IMG/VR virus record: IMGVR_UViG_3300036713_000599
Source: a virus
Taxonomy: Duplodnaviria; Caudoviricetes
Strand: one strand, 5' to 3'
DNA length: 64,000 bases
Part shown: in pieces, positions 39,455-48,305 of the stretch
How the letters are laid out: each line of letters begins with the position of its first letter
Numbering within the stretch: position 1 is the first letter of the stretch
The notes under the pieces: model-generated
What the model was told of the DNA's origin: nothing
Databases searched by the model: none
Seen by the model: the letters and a program-made list of their open reading frames with translations, nothing else
Position numbers and translations under genes: made by a program

Positions 39455-40717
39455 GTTAACAAATCCGAGCGTGGGAGCCCCACCCACTTCAATTGGGTGG
39501 GGTTTGAGAGCAGCTAAGGCAAACCTAACTATTTCTAACCAATGCTTTTCGGCGTAGAGTCTAAGTGATGAAGCTGATTCGATCCACCAAAGTCTCCTTG
39601 AAAGAGACAAATCCAAGAAAGCTAAAAATCCTGGAAGAAGTATTCCAGGAATACGGTCGGATTGTAAACCTCTTCATCGAACTATTCTGGGAAAATCCCG
39701 TCAAAAAGTCAAAGCTTCTAAAGCCAATCGTCGACTCGGTTCTCCCTACTTGGCTTTCCGCTCGGCTTCGAAAGGTTGCCGCCCGGGAAGCCCTTGATCT
39801 GGTCCTTTCGGCCAAAAGGTCCGCGAAAGCTCTCGGAAAAGAAGCCAAAAAGCCGATTCATAGAGGGAATCGAATGTGTGTTTCGAGCACCATCGCTTCC
39901 CTTGACTTGGCTGGAAAAGCTACATCCTATGATCGCTGGCTCCACCTTCATTCCATCGGGCATCATCCCGAATTTGGAAGAGTTATCCTAGATCTCCCGA
40001 TCAAATTACACAAGCATTATAATGAGTTAGCTTCTATTGGAAGACGACAAGAATCCTACATTCTAACCTCCCGTTACGTTCAGCTCAGCTTTGAAATCGT
40101 CACCGAGGAAAAGCTCCCTTCTGACCAATGTATCGGAATCGATAGTGGAATCAAGGCTTTAGCTTCGACTTCTACTCGACATCAATTCGGGAAAGACATA
40201 GAAAAAGGGATTGAACGGATAAAACGTTGTAAACACGGTTCAAAGGGGCAAAAGAGGGCTAGAAGGGCTCTTCGCCAGAGGATGAATGAGGTGGTGAAGG
40301 AACTCTTTGACACTCTGGAGCCTACTTTGATCGTGGTAGAAAAGCTTCGTTCCTTGAATAAAGGGACAAGAGTCAAACGCCGATTGACTAAAAACGTTCG
40401 GCGCTCTATCGGTAGCTGGACATATCGTTATTGGTTGGAAAGACTAGAAAGAGAGTGTGAAGTGAGACGTTCTCGCTTTCGCTCGGTTAATCCATATAAA
40501 ACCAGTCAACGATGTTCGGTATGTGGTCATATCGATAGGAGAAATCGGCGAGGAGAGGTATTCAAATGTCGGAGTTGTGATCACACTGACAATGCGGACA
40601 TAAATGCCGCTTTGAATATCTTGGATCGATTTCTTACCGGACCTTACGGTGCCGGTTGCAAACCTTTAACCTTGATTGGAGCTACATGAGTAGTTTTGAA
40701 CAAGTTTGCAGGAACGG
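39455..40717 (+). mobile_element. TnpB-only IS200/IS605/IS607-superfamily element (no tnpA)
   Basis: Left hairpin ccccaccca-cttcaat-tgggtgggg (39478..39502), tnpB, and a structured 3' end finishing ...gtttgcaggaacgg. Boundaries approximate. Confidence 0.7.
39568..40689 (+). CDS. tnpB: RNA-guided endonuclease TnpB
   Basis: RuvC-I IGIDSG, RuvC-II VVEKL, Zn ribbon CSVC...CRSC, RuvC-III NADINAALNI; catalytic D/E/D residues present. Confidence 0.92.
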   Translation: MKLIRSTKVSLKETNPRKLKILEEVFQEYGRIVNLFIELFWENPVKKSKLLKPIVDSVLPTWLSARLRKVAAREALDLVLSAKRSAKALGKEAKKPIHRGNRMCVSSTIASLDLAGKATSYDRWLHLHSIGHHPEFGRVILDLPIKLHKHYNELASIGRRQESYILTSRYVQLSFEIVTEEKLPSDQCIGIDSGIKALASTSTRHQFGKDIEKGIERIKRCKHGSKGQKRARRALRQRMNEVVKELFDTLEPTLIVVEKLRSLNKGTRVKRRLTKNVRRSIGSWTYRYWLERLERECEVRRSRFRSVNPYKTSQRCSVCGHIDRRNRRGEVFKCRSCDHTDNADINAALNILDRFLTGPYGAGCKPLTLIGAT

Positions 40718-40735
40718 TTTTCGCGTCCTGGTAAA
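40636..40735 (+). ncRNA. Predicted TnpB reRNA/omega RNA 3' scaffold plus guide
   Basis: Hairpin accgg-acc/ggt-g-ccggt (40636..40656) and stem tgcaaac (40657..40663)/gtttgca (40704..40710) overlap the tnpB 3' end. TnpB reRNAs are known to derive from this region. Ends inferred. Confidence 0.45.
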
Positions 40736-40880
40736 CTACCCCTCCCTAAAGGGAGGGGCTTTGTGCCCCTCTGGTCCTAGAGAGAGTTGAGCGGGGCTCA
40801 CGCCCCGCTGTTTCTGCTTCATCGGGCCCCCAACGGGGTAACCTCCACAGACTGCTATACCGTGGTCTCCACGGCAAGCG
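40731..40880 (-). ncRNA. Orphan reRNA/omega-RNA-type scaffold
   Basis: The minus strand reads gccgtggagaccacggtatagcagtctgtggag...ggcccgatgaagcagaa...gcggggcgtgagccccgc...aagcccctccctttagggaggggtagtttac, with the hallmark blocks of IS605 tnpB 3' ends and no cognate tnpB. Confidence 0.55.
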
Positions 40881-41021
40881 AATTTACCTGAAGTCCACAA
40901 GGCTCTCTGGGGGCAGCACTTCTGGTCACCAAGCTATTTAGCGGTTTCTTGCGGCGGGGCTCCTCTGGAAACGATCAAGAAATACGTTCAGAGTCAAAAG
41001 GGCGATTCCGCCCCGCCCTGA
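40872..41021 (+). pseudogene. tnpA: IS200/IS605 Y1 transposase C-terminal fragment
   Basis: RQANLPEVHKALWGQHFWSPSYLAVSCGGAPLETIKKYVQSQK matches the TnpA C-terminus including the catalytic Tyr helix. No start and no HUH motif. Confidence 0.85.
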
Positions 41022-41091
41022 AGGACGGAGCCACCTCGCCCTCTTTCGGTGTATAGTCCCATAAGATCGGATGGTGGCTCCTTGAGGCGGC

Positions 41092-42699
41092 ATGAAAGGA
41101 AAACGAATGAATCCTGAGATGATCTTCCACTTGAAGTCGATGACTCGTTTCATCTACTACGTCACGGAAGAAGAAGACGTCTTCTTGGCGAAGTTGGACA
41201 AGGGGCTCAAGCAGTACAAGGATCACACTTTCGTTTTCAATTACGCCTTTGGACTTGTCCCCTTAGAACGTCTCGTAGCTGATTGGAAGAATCATGCTCA
41301 TCAGGAGAGTGATGCCGAGAGTCGGGATATCCAGAGTGCTCTTGTTCAGGTGTACCGGGCAGAGCCCAGGGAAAAACAGAACTTCTACATCTTCACGGAC
41401 CCTGATCGGATGTTGGCTGATCCTATGGTTCAGCGCCGCTTCCTGAATATTGCCCACCAACTCCATCAGGACGATAAAATAGTCAAGATCATCATCTTTG
41501 TTGGACCTAGGCCGGTCATCCCCCCTAAACTTCAGCGCTATATCCAGGTCATAAAAGATACGGGCTTAGAAGAAAAGGCTGTGATCAACCTCATAAAGAA
41601 GTTCTGCTGTGAGTTGAAAGATATAACGGTGCCAGAAAATCCAAAGGCACTAGCTGAACATTTTCGAGGTCTGACTCATTTCGAAGCAACATCAGTGCTG
41701 TCTCAGAGCATCATTCAGACCAAAGGGGACAAGAACAATCCCTGTAGGATTGATCCTCGTATCATTTCGGAGTTTAAACAGTCGCAGCTCGCCAAGACGG
41801 ACTTACTCAGCTTCGTCGACACTAAAGATACGACCTTTAAAGACGTCGGAGGCAACAACCGTTTCAAACAATGGGCTCTTAAGACGAGAGCCGCATGGAC
41901 GCCAGAGGGTCGAAAATTTGGGTTATTCCCTCCTAAGGGGGTGCTGCTTATGGGGGTCTGGGGATGCGGGAAATCACTCAGCGTCAAGGCCATGGCCAGC
42001 GAGTGGCGTCTTCCTGTCGTATTGCTCGAAATGGGTAAACTTCGTAGTTCTGCCGTAGGTCAGACCGAGGCCAACGTGTATCGTGCCATTAACCTGATCG
42101 AGTCCATAGGTAGCTGCATGGTGTGGGTGGATGAAGCCGAAAAGAGCTTATCTGGCGGCCAGTCCAGTGCCATGAGCGACGCAGGAACAACTAGTAGGAC
42201 GATCGGAATTTTATCCAACTGGCTCCAGGAGACAAAATCTCCCGTGTGTCTTGCCATGACGGCCAACAGTCTCAGTACGATGCCGATCGAATTTATCAAT
42301 CGGATGGATGAACGGTTCTTTTTCGACTTACCGTCTGAAGATGAGAGGATCGCAATTCTCAAGATCCATCTTGCGAAACGAGGCCGCAACCCTGACGACT
42401 ACCAGCTCGCTGTCCTCGCTGAGCACGCCAAAAATATGGTGGGTCGAGAAATCGAACAGGCCATAGGGGCGGCTCTCGTAGACTCATTCATCGAAGGCAA
42501 GAACGACCTTGATGGAGAAATCCTTGTCAAACAATTGAAGACAAAACCTCGCATCTTTAAGACAATGGCAGAGGAATTAGCCGAGGTTCTGGAGTGGGTG
42601 GGGTACGATGAAGACGTTGATGACGGTATTCGTGCCCGGTTCGCCTCCGCGTCTCATAGCCAGAATTTCACTAATTTCCACAAAACATCCGAGGAATAG
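41092..42699 (+). CDS. ycf46: Ycf46-like AAA+ ATPase
   Basis: N-terminal inactive P-loop-like region; KGVLLMGVWGCGKS, VWVDEAEK, TAN, RMDERFFFDLP. Confidence 0.8.
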   Translation: MKGKRMNPEMIFHLKSMTRFIYYVTEEEDVFLAKLDKGLKQYKDHTFVFNYAFGLVPLERLVADWKNHAHQESDAESRDIQSALVQVYRAEPREKQNFYIFTDPDRMLADPMVQRRFLNIAHQLHQDDKIVKIIIFVGPRPVIPPKLQRYIQVIKDTGLEEKAVINLIKKFCCELKDITVPENPKALAEHFRGLTHFEATSVLSQSIIQTKGDKNNPCRIDPRIISEFKQSQLAKTDLLSFVDTKDTTFKDVGGNNRFKQWALKTRAAWTPEGRKFGLFPPKGVLLMGVWGCGKSLSVKAMASEWRLPVVLLEMGKLRSSAVGQTEANVYRAINLIESIGSCMVWVDEAEKSLSGGQSSAMSDAGTTSRTIGILSNWLQETKSPVCLAMTANSLSTMPIEFINRMDERFFFDLPSEDERIAILKIHLAKRGRNPDDYQLAVLAEHAKNMVGREIEQAIGAALVDSFIEGKNDLDGEILVKQLKTKPRIFKTMAEELAEVLEWVGYDEDVDDGIRARFASASHSQNFTNFHKTSEE

Positions 42700-42702
42700 C
42701 GT

Positions 42703-43905
42703 ATGGCCGGCAAGCTAGTTAAGCCACCTTCACCTCCCATTGGGGAACGCAGACTGGCTCCTGTGGTCAAGACCAAAGCCAATACATCAGCCGAGGACTT
42801 GGTCTTGGCGAGGACAGTTATCTCCCGACATGACAGTTTACAAAAAATCTTTTTAGAGGCCAAGAAACAAGGTAAGTCTTCTGAAGAAATCGCTGATGTA
42901 GTGGGTTCCGCCCTTGCTAACTTCTGGGAAGGAGAAGATAAGGCAACCAGGGCGTATGGCGCCGCCCTGTACTTAGCGGACGAGCATGCCCAGCTCGATC
43001 CCGGGATGTTCCTTGTCTCACAGGAGACGGGCGAGGTTATCGCTATTTTGAAGCCGGAAGACATCGAGACTCCAGCTCCTGTAGCTCGGGAAGGGTCAAA
43101 CAAGCTTGCCCAACCGCTCCCCCGCATTCGACCCGACATTGAAGCGTTCATTACTTCCTGGCATTTTGACCAAGAAAGGGAAAAAAAGGCTTGTGAGGCT
43201 TTGGCTGCAAAGGGGCACCAAACAGCCTTCCTGAAAGAAATCGACGACCCTCGCCTCCTCATAGTGACAAAAAGGGGTCGCCGGGAGCTTGCTAGACAAT
43301 ACGCTTGCCACAATACACCTAGGAAGCTGCTAGAAGGCCTGAAAGGCTCTTCAAGAGACTTTCTCAGTTATTTGGGCATAAAGGACTTCGACGGGAACGA
43401 TAAGGACATCGACGTAGCCAAAATGGCGGTGGCCAACGTTATTACTTCCGTTCAAGATATTCAAGCCTATAATCTAGGGTTTAACTTTTCCATGGTTATA
43501 CGTCAGAGCCTGTCCAATGGCTGGGTTCAAGAGATTGCTCGAACGGTAATTCATGCAGCCCAAAAGATGTACAAAGATGTCGAACCTGTGAAGTCCAGTG
43601 AGCTAGGTCCGAAGCATTTCGAGGATGCGTGTTTCTGGATCACGCCAGCCGAACTTGTTCGTAATGTCCTCGAATGTAAACCAAAGGCTTCAATTTTCTT
43701 GGTCGAGAATGCTCCTTTGGTTGGCTTCAAGGAATCAAACATAGGGGACCTCTTGATTCCAAAAGAGTTCCTTGTAGAAAGCCACGAATTGTTCGACAAG
43801 TGGGCGATCAAGTCCCGCCTGTCGTACGCTCTCCGACTAAAATGGCAGAACATTAAGTACGTTCCGGTAAGTGATGTTTCATATGACGGGCACCTTGTCA
43901 ATTAG
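42703..43905 (+). CDS. Hypothetical protein, possibly a divergent capsid-fold paralogue
   Basis: Coding by length and position. The fold is only a recalled resemblance (see findings). Confidence 0.5.
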   Translation: MAGKLVKPPSPPIGERRLAPVVKTKANTSAEDLVLARTVISRHDSLQKIFLEAKKQGKSSEEIADVVGSALANFWEGEDKATRAYGAALYLADEHAQLDPGMFLVSQETGEVIAILKPEDIETPAPVAREGSNKLAQPLPRIRPDIEAFITSWHFDQEREKKACEALAAKGHQTAFLKEIDDPRLLIVTKRGRRELARQYACHNTPRKLLEGLKGSSRDFLSYLGIKDFDGNDKDIDVAKMAVANVITSVQDIQAYNLGFNFSMVIRQSLSNGWVQEIARTVIHAAQKMYKDVEPVKSSELGPKHFEDACFWITPAELVRNVLECKPKASIFLVENAPLVGFKESNIGDLLIPKEFLVESHELFDKWAIKSRLSYALRLKWQNIKYVPVSDVSYDGHLVN

Positions 43906-43924
43906 TGCCTCCGCAAGGACAAGC

Positions 43925-44218
43925 ATGGGTTTCTATTCTTTCCAGGTTTTCACCAAAGACATTATTCTCATCGACAGACCTATCGTGCAGCTAGGTCCCG
44001 GCATTAACGTCTTCTGCGCATCTGTCGACGATGTTGAGGTGTTCAAGCAGGTATTGGCCGAGAGAGGCGCTGAGGTTCGCAAAGTAACACAGCTAGACGC
44101 CCATGAGCCCGTTGGGGAAGATAGCTTTTTACTACCAGAGGAACGGGCCTTGCTATTGGGGAACCATGAAAAAGATACGAAAATTGTCGAAGGCGGAAGC
44201 GAAGGCGAGGATTCTTAG
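43925..44218 (+). CDS. Hypothetical protein
   Basis: Start reassigned to the ATG after the upstream stop. Confidence 0.45.
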   Translation: MGFYSFQVFTKDIILIDRPIVQLGPGINVFCASVDDVEVFKQVLAERGAEVRKVTQLDAHEPVGEDSFLLPEERALLLGNHEKDTKIVEGGSEGEDS

Positions 44219-44384
44219 TTTCGCGAGTAAAAAGCGTCGTGCCTTATGTGTTGGGGAGGTGAGCGTGGAGCTTGGTCTATGCTGGTCCCTCTCCGAAGCG
44301 GAAAGCCTTCTGGATGAGATGGTTGACGATGGACTACTAAGAGTCGTGGAGAAAAAGGAACGACGAGAGTTTGTGCGCAGTTAG
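44166..44384 (+). CDS. Small winged-helix-like DNA-binding protein
   Basis: RILSF...LCVGEVSVEL..SLSEAESLLDEMVDDGLL fits a wHTH pattern. Confidence 0.45.
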   Translation: MKKIRKLSKAEAKARILSFASKKRRALCVGEVSVELGLCWSLSEAESLLDEMVDDGLLRVVEKKERREFVRS

Positions 44385-44491
44385 CAAAGTCGTTGCCTGG
44401 CTCTGGAATGCCGCCTGGTGTATGAAATGCCACAGGTCATTCAAATTCGGCTTTGTGGCCGACGAATCAACACAGAAGAGAGTAAACGAAA

Positions 44492-45043
44492 ATGACTGTG
44501 CCTGTAGTTTTGTTAGACGTAGACGACGTCTTGGTCGACTTTGAGACAGAGGCGGAAAAGCTTATTTCCGACATTCTAGGGCGAGAGTGGTCCTTGGCAG
44601 AAGGACCACAAAAATGGGACATCTTTACAGCTCTCACTGACCGCCAACGTCACGTGGCGATAGATATCATTCATCGACCCGAGTGGAGTCTTCGATTAAA
44701 GCCTTTCCCGGAAGCTGTTACAGCCGTTTTCGCTTTGCACGAGATCGCGGAAGTATTCGCTGTAACATCTGCGATAAGCTGGGCTTCAGAAAGATCGGTT
44801 CACTTAAAGAATACTTTTGACATCGACAAAGAACACCAGGTATACACAAAGGCTAAATTCTTGGTCAATGGTGACTTTTTCGTCGATGACTGCCCACAGA
44901 ATGTTCTTGACTGGAAATCGTTCCACCCCAACGGTGATGGCATGGTGTGGGACACTCGTGGTAACCAAGGAATTACAAACTACGAGGATGTTCGAGTCTC
45001 CTCGTGGGACCAAGTTATCGGCAAGGTGAGGAGGGCGGTATGA
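44492..45043 (+). CDS. HAD-family 5'(3')-deoxyribonucleotidase (NT5C-like)
   Basis: DVDDVL (DxD motif I), VTS (motif II), K, FVDDCPQN (motif IV). Confidence 0.85.
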   Translation: MTVPVVLLDVDDVLVDFETEAEKLISDILGREWSLAEGPQKWDIFTALTDRQRHVAIDIIHRPEWSLRLKPFPEAVTAVFALHEIAEVFAVTSAISWASERSVHLKNTFDIDKEHQVYTKAKFLVNGDFFVDDCPQNVLDWKSFHPNGDGMVWDTRGNQGITNYEDVRVSSWDQVIGKVRRAV

Positions 45044-46530
45044 AGGTCATTCTCGCGGGGCACAATGGTGATATTGAAGCTCAACAAACAGAGGAGTTCT
45101 CTCCTGAAACACTGTCCGCTGCTTACGCTCGCATCAGCAGATCATCTGACCCTGTCCCCACTCTCCGGAAAAAGGCCAGAGTACAGGTAGAATCAGCCAG
45201 GAGGTCGAACCAGACCATCGTATTCGGCCTCGGACATCACTCAGTTGCCGAACATGCTGTCTTCAACTTCGACATTCTTGGAATATCCAGACTCGCAATC
45301 GAGGCCCTTGAGTGGCATCGCCTGTGTTCTTACACAGAGAAGTCCCAGAGGTACATCACCCTTGACGATGACTGGGTCATGCCACCAGAATTCGATGCGC
45401 ACGAAAGGAACCTCCTGAAAAGCATCATCGAGGTCCAAAACGCCTGCTACCACAGTCTCCTTCCCAAGTTAATCGACGCTCAACGAGAAGCTAATCCTGA
45501 CCTTCTCAAGCGCAAACAAGACATAGCAAAAGTCGAAGGTTGGGCAAAGGAGGATGCCCGTTATGTGGTGTCGTTAGCCACCGAAGGTCAACTAGGGTTT
45601 ACGGCCAATGCGAGGAATTTGGAGTTAATCGTACGCCGGTTTCGGACATCGCCCTTAGAAGAAGTGCGGGAGTTGGGTCGCATGCTCTTTGAGCACGCAA
45701 AAAAAGTTGCCCCGTCTCTTATTATTCTGGCCGACAAGGAGGGTTTCGAAAAAGCTCACGGCACCTCTTTAGAGGATACCTACTTCCAGCTTGCAGCCAG
45801 CGATCTCCATGCCGCTGCGAAGTTGGTCCCTATGTCGTATGATCTGGTCCCTCTTGAGAGTGGAGACGTCAAGCTTATTCAGTACACGCCTAACCCAGAT
45901 GCGGCGGTCATCTCCGCACTACTATTTGCCGATGGCCGGGGGTCACTTTCTTCCTGCCAATATGCTGCGGAGAGTACGGGCATCTCAGCGAGGGAACGGT
46001 TCATAGCAAGGACGTTGGAGAACATATCGAAGTTTGATTCCCCTCCTCGGGCTTTCGAAGAGGCTGTCTTCCGGTTCGAAGTCATAGCCGATGCAAGCGC
46101 ATTTGCACAAATTAAACGACATCGTATGTCTACTCAACAATGGGGCCCATATGACCCAGGTCTTGGGGTAACTGTCCCACCAATGATTGAGGAAATTGGA
46201 GAAAAACCGACATTTATGTCAATCATGGACCAAGCAGCTGAAGCGTGGTGGAGCCTGAAAGGGTCACTCGTTAGCCGTGGTGAGTCAAACCGAGCTGCTG
46301 ACTACGTTCTTACCAACGCCCATTGTCGTCGTGTATCGATAACGATGAACTTGAGGGAAATATACCATTTCTCTCGGATGCGGGAAGATATCCACGCTCA
46401 GTGGGCCATTCGAAAGATTGCGAACGATGTGACTAAACTGGTCCGTCTAGTCGCACCCGGGGCGTCTATCCTACTGGCGGGGAAACATGATTTTGACAAG
46501 GTCGCCCAAAAAATTAAATCCAGAGCTTGA
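45040..46530 (+). CDS. thyX: FAD-dependent thymidylate synthase with tandem ThyX domains
   Basis: GHHSVAEHA, WHRLCSYTEKSQRY, NAR; second domain QIKRHRMS, NLRE, HAQWAIR. Confidence 0.85.
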   Translation: MKVILAGHNGDIEAQQTEEFSPETLSAAYARISRSSDPVPTLRKKARVQVESARRSNQTIVFGLGHHSVAEHAVFNFDILGISRLAIEALEWHRLCSYTEKSQRYITLDDDWVMPPEFDAHERNLLKSIIEVQNACYHSLLPKLIDAQREANPDLLKRKQDIAKVEGWAKEDARYVVSLATEGQLGFTANARNLELIVRRFRTSPLEEVRELGRMLFEHAKKVAPSLIILADKEGFEKAHGTSLEDTYFQLAASDLHAAAKLVPMSYDLVPLESGDVKLIQYTPNPDAAVISALLFADGRGSLSSCQYAAESTGISARERFIARTLENISKFDSPPRAFEEAVFRFEVIADASAFAQIKRHRMSTQQWGPYDPGLGVTVPPMIEEIGEKPTFMSIMDQAAEAWWSLKGSLVSRGESNRAADYVLTNAHCRRVSITMNLREIYHFSRMREDIHAQWAIRKIANDVTKLVRLVAPGASILLAGKHDFDKVAQKIKSRA

Positions 46531-46925
46531 TCGAAAGGAAGCAAATGGCGGAGATATATGCAGCATTGCAAAGCCAAAAAGGTGAGCGGCCACATGAGAC
46601 TGTCTGGGCCCTCATGCGTGCGTCACTTAACCAAGGAATCTTTTTTAAGACGTTGGAAGTTCTAGGTACACTGGAAATTGGAAATATGACTTTCGTTCGG
46701 TTTCGAACAGGTCACCCTGAGCTGGCAAATGCCTTTAGTGACCCCTCTTTGGAGGACAGGGCTGTTATAGCTTCCAACGGCCAAGGCTACAGCCTGGCCC
46801 TCCCTGGGGGCCGGCAAGGTAATATACCCACGGCCAAGATGCTCATGGTGGCGGATCCCAATGAACGTCGCTTGTACAGAGGCCCTGCCGTCAAGTTATG
46901 GGAGAGACAGTTTCTAGATATTTAG
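46527..46925 (+). CDS. Hypothetical protein
   Basis: In operon; no motif. Confidence 0.5.
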   Translation: MIERKQMAEIYAALQSQKGERPHETVWALMRASLNQGIFFKTLEVLGTLEIGNMTFVRFRTGHPELANAFSDPSLEDRAVIASNGQGYSLALPGGRQGNIPTAKMLMVADPNERRLYRGPAVKLWERQFLDI

Positions 46926-46932
46926 TCTTTTG

Positions 46933-47547
46933 ATGCTTCTCCTACGTTACAACATGAGAACCCTGAAGCACATTTACCTGGACATTCAGGACACAGCTAA
47001 GAAAATAGCATCTCTTGGGGACTTTGAGACAGCGGCAAGAGCCATGCAGGTCACGGAGGCTTTAGGTGCTCAAACGATAGTAGACAAAAAGGCTTCGACG
47101 ATCGGGGGTCTTGAACCAATTGGAGTATCTGGATGGTGGTCAAAGCCACACAACCTGGTCCTTGCGTCGTCGAAGATGGGGTGGAGTCTGTGGACTTTCA
47201 CTATACTGCCTTATTTCCCAGCGAAGAGGGCTGCACGCTTGGACTTAAATGGAATCGTTATTCGGCCCGTGTGGAGGCTGTCACGGTTCGGTCCTAGCAG
47301 TTTGACGCCACAACAAATCGAAAACACGGTAGCTACCATCAAAGAGTTTCCATCCATTGCATCTATAGTCTCCAAGGAACTGGACTGGGTCGAACGAGAA
47401 TTTGAACTCGAAGTCCCAAAGGGAATCCGAGATACCCTCGTAGGAGCGAGCCCTCGTCAGGCGGTGGCACGTTGGGGGTCGCCACATTGGGAGACCATCG
47501 ACAGACTTATCCCTCTCGACGGTGCCATGCCCAGAGACTTACCATGA
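46933..47547 (+). CDS. Hypothetical protein
   Basis: In operon; start uncertain (46930/46933/46954). Confidence 0.5.
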   Translation: MLLLRYNMRTLKHIYLDIQDTAKKIASLGDFETAARAMQVTEALGAQTIVDKKASTIGGLEPIGVSGWWSKPHNLVLASSKMGWSLWTFTILPYFPAKRAARLDLNGIVIRPVWRLSRFGPSSLTPQQIENTVATIKEFPSIASIVSKELDWVEREFELEVPKGIRDTLVGASPRQAVARWGSPHWETIDRLIPLDGAMPRDLP

Positions 47548-48305
47548 GGATTGCCGCTGTACAATTCCGGCCTGAATTTAGTGGACCGGGCGATAGTTTC
47601 TCACCCAACAGCAAGAATCGAGAGAGGAACATTCAAACACTCGTCGAGCTTGGTACTGAGGCGGCCAGAGGCGGGGCTGAGCTAATTGTCTTCCCAGAGC
47701 TTGCCACTACCGGTTACAGCTTCATGTCGGTAGCAGAGGCCGAGTCTCAGGCGGAGATTGTCCAAGCGAGGCGCGGGAGCGTTGGAGCGATGCTTGCCTT
47801 GGCTAAGCGGTTAGGTGTTGGATTTGTTTGGGGACTCGTTGAAAAGTCACCCATCGTCGGCAAGCTCCATAATTCTCAGGTTATGGCATTACCTGATGGG
47901 ACCTTGGTTTCCTATGCCAAGGTGAACAGGTGGGGCCAGGACCTGATATGGGCCGACGAAGGTGTAGACAGTCCACCTATAGTAGCCTTCAGGGGATTTA
48001 ACGTCGGTCTGCTCATATGTCGTGATATCAAGGACAGTGGGTCTGGTCTGGATGATTTTTACGAACCAGGAGATGCAGACATTGTGGCTTTTTCGACCAA
48101 CTGGGGGAACGGAGCTTTTCCGTCAAATCGATGGGTTAATTTTGCGAAGTCAAATAACACCTGGCTTGTAGTCGCCAACAGGTACGGTAAAGAAGCAAAC
48201 AACGACTTCGGTGAGGGCGGGAGCTGTGTTGTTAGCCCGAACGGCAAGGTCCACTGTGAAGGTCTTCGATGGTCTTCGCCTTGCATCGTCTACGCTGACA
48301 TCTAG
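47544..48305 (+). CDS. Carbon-nitrogen hydrolase (nitrilase superfamily)
   Basis: MRIAAVQF, IVFPEL (Glu), YAK (Lys), LLICRD (Cys): complete E-K-C triad. Confidence 0.88.
   Translation: MRIAAVQFRPEFSGPGDSFSPNSKNRERNIQTLVELGTEAARGGAELIVFPELATTGYSFMSVAEAESQAEIVQARRGSVGAMLALAKRLGVGFVWGLVEKSPIVGKLHNSQVMALPDGTLVSYAKVNRWGQDLIWADEGVDSPPIVAFRGFNVGLLICRDIKDSGSGLDDFYEPGDADIVAFSTNWGNGAFPSNRWVNFAKSNNTWLVVANRYGKEANNDFGEGGSCVVSPNGKVHCEGLRWSSPCIVYADI

Larger units (their letters stand above)
40731..41051 (-). mobile_element. Internally deleted IS605-type element (ends only)
   Basis: The minus strand ends aagcccctccctttagggaggggtagtttac (right-end hairpin). A left-end hairpin ccgccccgccctgaaggacggag lies at ~41008..41030. 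Between them are only the last tnpB codons (-) and a tnpA 3' fragment (+), the divergent IS605 layout. Confidence 0.8.

Noticed and set aside
39478-39502. Rho-independent terminator after the DUF1257-like gene
   Set aside because: No real U-tract, and the context resembles an IS605-type left-end hairpin, so it is treated as part of the mobile element.
40938-41226. Minus-strand track ORFs over the IS remnant and ycf46 start
   Set aside because: Shadows of the tnpA fragment, the IS left end and the AAA gene.
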